Positions 57,400 to 64,000 of a DNA stretch of 64,000 bases are shown piece after piece. Numbering within the stretch: the first letter of the stretch is position 1; every line of letters starts with the position of its first letter. Origin of the DNA: an uncultured Erysipelotrichaceae bacterium (GTDB lineage: Bacteria > Bacillota_I > Bacilli_A > RFN20 > CAG-826). The stretch covers positions 47,530 through 111,529 of the forward strand of contig CADCPN010000002.1 of the NCBI GenBank assembly GCA_902803375.1. Direction: 5' to 3'. Under the pieces are notes generated by a model. It did no database searches and was not told where the DNA came from. It worked only from the letters and a program-made list of their open reading frames with translations. A program made the position numbers and the translations under genes.

Positions 57400-58191
57400 T
57401 TATGCCTTGTTGAAGTTTTCTTTGCCAACGTCACAAACGGGGCGGGTCCAGTCTTCAGGAAGATCTTCAAATGCCACATTTCCGTTCTCGGCGGGGTCAT
57501 AGAGGTATCCATAGACGCCACAGACATATTTGCCGGTAGCGGTCTTGTAGACGATTTCTCCTACCGGTTTGGAAGCGGGCGGATTCAGCAGGTCGACAAC
57601 CTTTAGATTCTCAAGGTTCTCATAGCCAAGCGGGGTGTGGGTGGAAAGGTAGACGGTCGGGTGATCTTTTATGAATTCTCTGACGTTATCCAAAGTAACC
57701 CTCGCAGCCGGCAAGTCTTCAAAAACGATGGAGAGCTTATTCTCATAAAGGGCTTCATCGGTATAGGTGACGTCGCCGTGTATCATGAAGAATAGGCCAT
57801 CCTTTTCAGCGATGATGATATTATTGCCTTTGGTGTTTCCTTTGGCCTCTATCATATACACGCCCTCAACGATTTTCTCGCCGCACGGGAAGTTGTAATA
57901 AGCGCCATTGGCGTAAGTCGGGCGAATGATGTTCTCACCCTTTAGCTCCATGGCATCCGCATCTTCGGCGCCGATATAGATCTTGGCATTGGGGAAAGCG
58001 CGGAGTTCGCCGGTGTGGTCAGCGTGCTTATAGGTAACAAGGATCTTGGTGACCTGCTCACCGGTTTTCAAGACGACGGCTTCGTCATCGATGGCCTTGC
58101 GGCCTTTGGCTTTGTATATTACAGTCCTGTTCCTTTTTCGCTTCTCCTTCTTAAGGATTGACGGATAGTAAGTGCCCAAGCAAAAACGCAC
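57400..58191 (-). CDS. MBL-fold metallo-hydrolase.
   Basis: HADHTGE (HxHxDH-type) motif. 263 aa. Confidence 0.6.
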   Translation of the reverse strand: MRFCLGTYYPSILKKEKRKRNRTVIYKAKGRKAIDDEAVVLKTGEQVTKILVTYKHADHTGELRAFPNAKIYIGAEDADAMELKGENIIRPTYANGAYYNFPCGEKIVEGVYMIEAKGNTKGNNIIIAEKDGLFFMIHGDVTYTDEALYENKLSIVFEDLPAARVTLDNVREFIKDHPTVYLSTHTPLGYENLENLKVVDLLNPPASKPVGEIVYKTATGKYVCGVYGYLYDPAENGNVAFEDLPEDWTRPVCDVGKENFNKA

Positions 58192-58253
58192 ATAAAAAAT
58201 ACTTTTCCCAAAAAAGGAAAGAATGCGTGGCTAGCGCCTTCTTACAGGCTTTC

Positions 58254-59618
58254 TTACCAAATCTCGACGATTTGCTCGGGGCGGCGATACATCATATTGG
58301 TTTCATCAAGCTCGTAGGTCTTGATGAATTCCGGGCAATTGCTGAACAAGGCGTCCACTCTAGCCGCACCCCACGGGTGCACGTCATCCAAGCATTGGTC
58401 TAGATATGTGCTTCTCGTGGTTTTCGACATGAAGTTCTTTGCAAGGGTAGCGAAACATCTCTTGTAGTCGAAATCCTCCTTTTTAGCAGCCAAATCCATC
58501 GTCAAAGCAAGGCCACAGCTATCAGCGACGGCTTCGCTGACGACAAGGTCGCCGTTGGTAAGAATGCCAGGCATCGCCTCGAATTCAGAATAGTGCGCCG
58601 CAACTTTTTCAGCCTGGGCGGCGAAGTAGCTATAGGCTTGGCTGGACAAGATGGAGTTGTTCACGATTTCGCCTTTGTAGTCGTACATGACGCCACTAGT
58701 ATCCACGGAGTGGGAGATCTCGTGGGAGAGAATAAGGCCATATAGGGCAATGATGTTCTCCAAATCGGACTCACAGGGTCTGCTGAGCAAGAATCCTGCG
58801 GTGAGAATGACGTCATTGAGATAGGGAATGTTGAAGCAATTCGGCTCCAAAAGGTTCGTGACATAAGCGGATAGCAAGCCAAGTCCATGGCTATCGCTGT
58901 TCTCACTCATCAGTTCAGCTAAGATTGCCCACTTTGACCTGTTGTGTGCGGCGATATAAGCGGATAAAGAGGTGAATTCCTCCGCCTTCGCCATGTAATC
59001 GCCAATCGGGAATTCCTTGCCGTCAGCGTTAAGGCCAATGACCGGGGCGGTCGCTCTCATCTTCTTTTCAAGATTGGCTCTAGAAGCATCATCAAGCCAT
59101 TCTTTGCCGGGCAATCTTTCCACATAGGCATCGATAAGCGAGTGGAAGAAAGAATTGATCGTTGAAGTAAGGGTTTTATATTCCTTGGTCCCTGCGTAGT
59201 AGCAGAGCGTCTCATTGTTGATATAGGTTGGATAAAAGTCATACACGTCCGCCGCACTTTTTGGGTTTTTCGCCCCATCAAGCGTTCTGGCGTCAGAAAG
59301 GGCGTCCGCGAAAAGAGGACTAAATTCTTCAACGAAATTTGCGATGGTCGCGGCTTTTAACGACTCAATTTTTCCTTCTGCGCATAAATCGCGATATGTT
59401 TTGACGGTGGCACGGGAATAAACGAAGTTTTTCTCCGCGCTTAGGCCAGCCGCCTCAAACACATCCCTATAGTCAAAATTCAGCACAGTGAACTCGTTCT
59501 TGTCTAAGCTGAAGTGATCATATACGCCACCATCTCTGAATAAATGGGTCTTCATTTCCGAAGAGAAATCGTTATAGCCTTTGCTTAGATCGGAAACCCT
59601 CGATTCGGAAAGATTCAT
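58254..59618 (-). CDS. M13-family (neprilysin/PepO-like) zinc metallopeptidase, with a short N-terminal region relative to canonical M13 enzymes.
   Basis: HEISH zinc motif, downstream SEAVADSCGL (the GENIADNGG equivalent) and C-terminal ...VHPWGAARVDALFSNCPEF...EIW, an M13-like ending. Confidence 0.65.
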   Translation of the reverse strand: MNLSESRVSDLSKGYNDFSSEMKTHLFRDGGVYDHFSLDKNEFTVLNFDYRDVFEAAGLSAEKNFVYSRATVKTYRDLCAEGKIESLKAATIANFVEEFSPLFADALSDARTLDGAKNPKSAADVYDFYPTYINNETLCYYAGTKEYKTLTSTINSFFHSLIDAYVERLPGKEWLDDASRANLEKKMRATAPVIGLNADGKEFPIGDYMAKAEEFTSLSAYIAAHNRSKWAILAELMSENSDSHGLGLLSAYVTNLLEPNCFNIPYLNDVILTAGFLLSRPCESDLENIIALYGLILSHEISHSVDTSGVMYDYKGEIVNNSILSSQAYSYFAAQAEKVAAHYSEFEAMPGILTNGDLVVSEAVADSCGLALTMDLAAKKEDFDYKRCFATLAKNFMSKTTRSTYLDQCLDDVHPWGAARVDALFSNCPEFIKTYELDETNMMYRRPEQIVEIW

Positions 59619-60589
59619 TGCTTAAGCGCCTTTTTGAATTGGGCGGAGCTGATTTGAGGTTGGTAAGCATCGAAATACAGCGTGTTCCCTGCACGAGTTT
59701 CATAGGCGTAGGTGGGGCATAAAAGCGGAGAGAATCCATAGTCGGATATGCATTTCACAGACGTATCCCACCATTCCTCTGCAGTTGTCGGCTGATCTAG
59801 GAAAGTAATGATCGGTTCGGCACCGCAAAGGCCTTCACCTTTGTTTACGAAGAGATCGATTGCTTTGGTCAAAGCTTTTGCAGAATCGCTGTCTTCGCTT
59901 TCCGCTTCTTTCATATAACTAAGAGTATTGGCACGGATAGCCTCGGTATCGATGATATTGTTTGCGCTATAGGTATCGTTGGGGCCTATTTCCTCTCCGG
60001 ATTCAAAGAGGAAATCATAATTCATAGCCACCCCGAAGCTTTCTTTTTCGTTGGTACCAATATAGCCGTGGATTCGGCTGATGACCTGCTTGGCAAAATC
60101 GATGGTCACCGACTTGTTTGGGGCATAAGTTTCTTCTCCCCAAAGGCCATAGCCCCGCATCCACTCAAGGGCTTCGTTGCTTTCGGGAGAGAGGGCTCCG
60201 GAAATCTCTGGCCTTTGAAAATATCCTTCATAGGCGCGGGATCCTTTTAGTTCTGGCATGACGTCTTGAAAGGCATGCTGAAGCAAGATGAGGAGATTGC
60301 CCTGGGACTTCTTGCAATCTGCGGTTAGGCCACTTTTCTCAAGAAGTTCAGAAGGTTTATAAGTGGTGCCGTTATACTTTGCAGCCTCTTGGGAGACGAG
60401 GTCAACGAGGCTTTTCCCGCTTTCCTCGGACTCATGGCTTAAGCTTTCTTCCTCCCCGAAAGAAGATGCTGACGATTCCTCTTCGCTTGAAGAAGCGGAG
60501 GAAAACTCCGGCGCAGGGTTCCGGGCGCAGGCGGTTAGAGCGGTGAGGCTCAGAGCCAAGATAAATATCTTTTTCATATTACTCTCCAC
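59615..60589 (-). CDS. Lipoprotein, hypothetical. Its stop codon overlaps the start of the M13 peptidase gene.
   Basis: Signal/lipobox MKKIFILALSLTALTACARN, then a Ser/Glu-rich linker. Confidence 0.5.
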   Translation of the reverse strand: MESNMKKIFILALSLTALTACARNPAPEFSSASSSEEESSASSFGEEESLSHESEESGKSLVDLVSQEAAKYNGTTYKPSELLEKSGLTADCKKSQGNLLILLQHAFQDVMPELKGSRAYEGYFQRPEISGALSPESNEALEWMRGYGLWGEETYAPNKSVTIDFAKQVISRIHGYIGTNEKESFGVAMNYDFLFESGEEIGPNDTYSANNIIDTEAIRANTLSYMKEAESEDSDSAKALTKAIDLFVNKGEGLCGAEPIITFLDQPTTAEEWWDTSVKCISDYGFSPLLCPTYAYETRAGNTLYFDAYQPQISSAQFKKALKQ

Positions 60590-60764
60590 GCGGTTGGGTC
60601 CGACATCTAATGGGCTTAGCTAAAGCCAGAGGCTTATTAATGTTCAGCATGTATTATAGGGCGGCGGTTTTAATTCACCTCATTATTTCCTTGATATGCA
60701 TTCTTAATAGAATGGCAAAAGAAAATGACCCTCGCTTAAGTGGCGAGAGCCATCTTCGCTTCCT

Positions 60765-61400
60765 TTAGAATCCGAGGTTATCGTTAACGAGAATCACGTG
60801 GATTCTTCCAGCGTGCCTAGAGTATCTCGTGAACAGGAATTGGCAGCAGATCGTATCTGGGGAAAGGCAATTCATGCATGCGCCAGTTTTGGTGCACGGG
60901 GTAGTTAATCCAAAACGCTGCGCGTTCGTGGTAGCCGCTTCGTTTCTGGCGCGTTTTAATGCGGCATCAACGTCTCCTGCAACTTTATTCATGCCAACGA
61001 TTAGGATGACCTTCTTCGGGCCATAGGCGAGCGCGGAGACACGGTTGGAATTGCCATCGATATTCACGAGGACGCCATCGACAGAAATCGCATTCACGCT
61101 GGCGAGGAACACGTCGGCATCATAGGTGAGAAGGTCGGCTTTCCTTTTGTCTTCGCCGGTGAGCTTCTCGCGATTAACGAATTGATAATTCCCTTTTTCG
61201 AGGGCGTCGTTCAAGCCGATTTCATTCACGGACACGGAGCCGCCGCGACCGACTTTCGATCCCTCCGGAATAAGAGAAAGGGCGATCTGAAGCGCTTCTG
61301 CTTTGCTGTGGGCGTAATAGCCAGTCATATTTCTCTTTGCGAGGTTTTTGATAATGGTCTCCGCTAGGAGATCGTTTCTTTTGATTTTGTTTTCGTTCAT
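60765..61400 (-). CDS. LUD-domain (LutC/YkgG-like, DUF162) protein.
   Basis: N-terminal pattern LLAETIIKNLAKRNMTGYYAHSKAEALQIALSLIPEGSKVGRGGS and C-terminal ...GVLVNIDGNSNRVSAL are typical of the LUD family. The start is set at MNENK (61400) after AAGGATAAAACG. Confidence 0.55.
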   Translation of the reverse strand: MNENKIKRNDLLAETIIKNLAKRNMTGYYAHSKAEALQIALSLIPEGSKVGRGGSVSVNEIGLNDALEKGNYQFVNREKLTGEDKRKADLLTYDADVFLASVNAISVDGVLVNIDGNSNRVSALAYGPKKVILIVGMNKVAGDVDAALKRARNEAATTNAQRFGLTTPCTKTGACMNCLSPDTICCQFLFTRYSRHAGRIHVILVNDNLGF

Positions 61401-61710
61401 CGTTTTATCCTTCAAAACAACTATAGCCGCCTTCGGCAAAACGAAAAAGAAGAGAACTTAGGCTCTCCTCCTTCGGATTAATAATATTCCTGCGCCTTTC
61501 TCCCTTGTTGACGATAATTTGGAAGAATGATTGCGCTTCGTCCACATGAATACCCTTTTATTCAAAATCGCATCGGCAATAAAGATGTAGCCAAATCCTT
61601 AATTCATGCCGCCCACGTTTTTCTGAAGTCACAAAGAAAAGCGGCGCCCCGCTTGACTATCATCGCAAGCAAGGGCACCGGCTTCGGGTTATTTGTTTTT
61701 CAGTTTTAGG

Positions 61711-61983
61711 CTAACAATCTTTTCGACGCGCCTCATCATCATTAAGTTGTACCTTTTCGGAGGCCTCGTCGTCAGTTTCTTGCGACAATTTCCCGGTCTT
61801 CGGTCCGCCGACGTGCCGCTTGAAGTCCCTGCCGTCCTTATCGTCCGAAAAACCAGTCTTGTAGACAAATGTGATCTTTGGAGGGTCCGCATTTCCGCTA
61901 TCATCATAGCCGCCGATAATTGTAGTCCACGTTTTTATTTCTCTGGCTGAGGGGGGGAGATCAGATGGCGAGTCTAACCTCAT
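61711..61983 (-). CDS. Hypothetical small acidic protein (low confidence).
   Basis: 90-aa ORF with no recognisable motif. Confidence 0.2.
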   Translation of the reverse strand: MRLDSPSDLPPSAREIKTWTTIIGGYDDSGNADPPKITFVYKTGFSDDKDGRDFKRHVGGPKTGKLSQETDDEASEKVQLNDDEARRKDC

Positions 61984-62011
61984 GAGTCTTCGTCGTTCGC
62001 GTCACGAGAAG

Positions 62012-62054
62012 ATACACTGCGAACGCGGAGACTGATAAAAGGCAGCCCTCGAAT
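62012..62054. terminator. Strong bidirectional terminator downstream of the relE-like gene.
   Basis: ctgataaaaggcagc-cctcgaatggagag-ctgccttttatcag is a near-perfect palindrome with A/T flanks. Confidence 0.5.
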
Positions 62055-62070
62055 GGAGAGCTGCCTTTTA

Positions 62071-62406
62071 TCAGTCATAGAGATTCATTCTGTTTAAGAC
62101 CTTAAGTTGGTCACTCCTTGCATAAATCACATTCAGGACATAGACCCTTCCGGATACTGCATCCGGGCGATAGTAGATGAAGAAGTTCTTCGCGCCGATC
62201 TTACGCGCGCCTCTGGAGTGCCATGGCTCACGTTCCTCCGGCGCAATGCTGTCTGCCATGTAGGAAAGCTTCTCCATCTCCTTGCGGATGACTCGGATGT
62301 AATTTAAGGCGACATCAGGTACCAGCAGGGTTTCCGCTATGTAGTCTCTGATCTCATGAAGGTCTGCTTCCGCATCCGGTGTGACGATGATCTCATAGGA
62401 GTCCAC
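62071..62406 (-). CDS. relE: Type II toxin, RelE/ParE family.
   Basis: 111 aa. The C-terminal block FFIYYRPDAVSGRVYVLNVIYARSD is RelE/ParE-like. It abuts the antitoxin gene with no gap. Confidence 0.75.
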   Translation of the reverse strand: MDSYEIIVTPDAEADLHEIRDYIAETLLVPDVALNYIRVIRKEMEKLSYMADSIAPEEREPWHSRGARKIGAKNFFIYYRPDAVSGRVYVLNVIYARSDQLKVLNRMNLYD

Positions 62407-62703
62407 TTATCCAAGGCTCTTTTCCAGATCATCGAACACACCCCCAAGCGGTCTGCCTTCGCCTGCAGCCGATTGGGCATAGCTGTGCTGAAGTTTTGCG
62501 TCAAGCTCCGCATTCGACATCGCATCCAATGTTCTTGGCTCTGACGGAACAGTCAGTGAGAATGGAATGCCATGACGATAAATGATCTGACGGTACAGTG
62601 AATTGATGACAACAGAGACGGGAATTCCAAGCTTTTGCAAGATGTCTTCCGCTTCATTTTTTACATCGTTTTCAACACGAGCGCTTACTGTTGAATCTTT
62701 CAT
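62407..62703 (-). CDS. relB: Type II antitoxin, RelB/DinJ family.
   Basis: 98 aa. SARVENDVKNEAEDILQKLGIPVSVVINSLYRQII is a RelB/DinJ ribbon-helix-helix pattern. Confidence 0.75.
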   Translation of the reverse strand: MKDSTVSARVENDVKNEAEDILQKLGIPVSVVINSLYRQIIYRHGIPFSLTVPSEPRTLDAMSNAELDAKLQHSYAQSAAGEGRPLGGVFDDLEKSLG

Positions 62704-62739
62704 ATGATTTCATCTCCTGTTTTTAAAAATGCAGTTTGT

Positions 62740-62760
62740 TGTATTGCTGATTGCAATACA
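62740..62760. promoter_or_regulatory. Palindromic candidate operator upstream of relB.
   Basis: tgtattgc-tgatt-gcaataca within the AT-rich region about 40 nt upstream of the antitoxin start. Confidence 0.4.
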
Positions 62761-62953
62761 TATTATATTGCCTGTTTGTGATTTTATACATTAACAGGGA
62801 CAGTCAAAATCTCTACGACCCTTTCCCTCGAAAAAAGACGCGGGGTCTTCTGTGCGAAAAAACAAAATCAAACAGGTAATGACCCAATCCTTATGTCTAT
62901 TACGTAAATGGCGAACCAGCAGTATCCTGTGTGCCTGGCTGTCCCTTGCGATA

Positions 62954-63275
62954 ATGAATGCCGACACGATGATCTCAGATGGTATCCAGGCACGGCTCGA
63001 TAAGCTGCAGAAGGAGCTCATCCGAAAGGCCAACAGCAGGCAGGACTCCGATGCTAAAGCCGATGAAACCTTTCTGCTGCGCAGGCAAAAATCACAGGCC
63101 GAGGCAGACACGCGTAGCAGCGAGAAGACGCAGAAACGCATCGCCGGGCAGGAAACTGACATCACAAAGTTTGATGAGGCTCTGGTCAAAAAATCTCATC
63201 GAGAAGATCACCGTCTTTGCCAACCACTTCGCCGTGGAATTCAAGTCCGGCATCACACTCGGTATCGAGGCATAA
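62954..63275 (+). pseudogene. Small coiled-coil ORF interrupted by a +1 frameshift at an A6 run near 63190. It could be a pseudogene, an assembly error or a programmed slip.
   Basis: Frame A ...DITKFDEALVKK continues in frame B as NLIEKITVFANHFAVEFKSGITLGIEA* after caaaaaatc. Both segments are protein-like. The antisense ORF 62791..63189 is Ser/Cys/Arg-rich junk. Confidence 0.3.
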
Positions 63276-63340
63276 AATGACTCCTCGCCATTGAACTTAA
63301 ATAGTAGTGAGGAACCTGTTTTTCTTTTAAAGGCCTGTTG

Positions 63341-63607
63341 TTATTTCATCTTTGCAAATACATCACCAATATCCCCATCGATGCAGATGCTCCTGTTTGC
63401 AATTTCATCCGGACAAAATGCCTTGCCATAATTGATACATGCATGCACTGACTTTTCATTTGCCAGTGTCATTTGCCAGAAAGGATACTTCACAATAACA
63501 GGTGTATTAGCTCCAACGCCAAGCTCCAGATAAAGCACATGAAGGCCCTCATGTCTGCGCAGGAAGTCCGCATATGCCGCCGATGTCCAAAGATACATTA
63601 TCATCAC
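63341..63607 (-). pseudogene. Short (88 aa) ORF resembling only the C-terminal end of a SIR2-like (DHS-like NAD-binding) domain. It is a possible gene remnant and the call is tentative.
   Basis: LELGVGANTPVIVKYP...ACINYG...DEIANRSICIDGDIGDVF is compared with the SIR2 C-terminal pattern VGTSL.V.P.....IN.E.T..D..AD..I.G..GEV. No upstream N-terminal domain exists in frame. Confidence 0.25.
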
Positions 63608-63610
63608 TTT

Positions 63611-63662
63611 TTGTAGAATATAATCGACATTTATTGATTATTATTGTAGAATATACTCGACA
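63611..63662. repeat. Two 19-bp direct repeats (one mismatch) spaced 33 bp apart, between the SIR2-like ORF and the AAA ATPase gene.
   Basis: ttgtagaatataatcgaca (63611-63629) and ttgtagaatatactcgaca (63644-63662). Confidence 0.45.
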
Positions 63663-63675
63663 AAAAGATAGAACT

Positions 63676-64000
63676 ATGGATCACGAAACACTCAAGCAAA
63701 TCATCTTTGACCAACATGAAGTTATCAAGAAATCTCAAATCGTAAATCGTGATTACGTTTTTGATAAAAACGCCAACTACGTTCTTATCGGTCTAAGGCG
63801 TTCGGGTAAATCAACGCTTCTATACAAACGAGTCCAAGATCTCGTTTCGAGCGGAGTGGATTGGAAGCAAATTATTTACATCAATTTTGACGACGAACGA
63901 TTGCTCGGCTTTCAAGCTAGCGATTTTGAAGACATTTTGCTTACCGCTGAAGAAATCACAAGTCAAAAACATTACTTCTACTTCGACGAGATTCAAAATA
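63676..64000 (+). CDS. AAA+ ATPase of the COG1373 (AAA_14 + DUF4143) family, 3' partial (it runs off the window).
   Basis: MDHETLKQIIFDQHEVIKKSQIVNRDYVF...YVLIGLRRSGKSTLLYKRVQDL... has the P-loop GLRRSGKST. Its N-terminal layout is typical of DUF4143 ATPases. Confidence 0.6.
   Translation, partial: MDHETLKQIIFDQHEVIKKSQIVNRDYVFDKNANYVLIGLRRSGKSTLLYKRVQDLVSSGVDWKQIIYINFDDERLLGFQASDFEDILLTAEEITSQKHYFYFDEIQN

Noticed and set aside
62791-63189. 132-aa minus-strand ORF.
   Set aside because: Ser/Cys/Arg/Phe-rich non-protein-like composition. It is antisense to the better-looking frameshifted plus-strand ORF.
1-64000. CRISPR arrays, rRNA genes, IS elements and integrases.
   Set aside because: No regularly spaced direct repeats with unique spacers. 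No 16S/23S/5S-like conserved blocks. No transposase or integrase motifs (DDE, tyrosine recombinase R..H..RHY) were seen in any long ORF.

Overview
A 64 kb chromosomal segment, gene-dense on both strands, read with the standard genetic code (several ORFs over 1000 aa contain no in-frame TGA). Several features point to a Mollicutes/Erysipelotrichia-like Firmicutes lineage (inference): a holB-ricT-rsmI block, an oppABCDF operon whose ATPases carry large coiled-coil insertions and whose OppA is very large, purA-purB salvage genes, a surface nucleotidase lipoprotein and tandem CIRCE operators. From start to end the window contains the following. (1) holB (5' partial), a PSP1/RicT protein with an unusual Asn/Arg-rich tail, and rsmI. 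(2) A long minus-strand operon encoding a patatin-like lipase, an RluD-like pseudouridine synthase, a DUF1538 duplicated membrane protein, two PII-like proteins and a 1092-aa YfhO-family protein. (3) A lipoprotein nucleotidase, an esterase, a Cof-type HAD phosphatase, a GH2-like hydrolase and an M24 peptidase. (4) hsp20 preceded by two CIRCE elements. (5) A GAF protein, a YbaK deacylase, a PIN-like protein with a Lys/Ala-rich tail, and oppABCDF. (6) rarA, a membrane protein with four DUF1508 repeats, a 1328-aa GLUG-like repeat surface protein, an MMPL transporter and a divergent TetR regulator. (7) degV, a TetR-controlled five-gene membrane/redox module, an MFS transporter, a YjbR-fusion protein and an aminotransferase. 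(8) purB-purA, plsC-degV, an MBL-fold hydrolase, an M13 peptidase with an overlapping upstream lipoprotein, and a LUD-domain protein. (9) An island-like end region with a relB/relE pair, a frameshifted small ORF, a short ORF with tentative SIR2 C-terminal resemblance, 19-bp direct repeats and a partial COG1373 AAA ATPase. No rRNA, tRNA or CRISPR array was recognised. The best candidates for an undescribed system are the PII-like x2 + DUF1538 + YfhO operon, the MMPL + giant GLUG-repeat protein + TetR locus, the PIN-like/H1-tail protein, and the DUF1508 x4 membrane protein. All calls are by eye from motifs and should be checked by HMM and structure searches.
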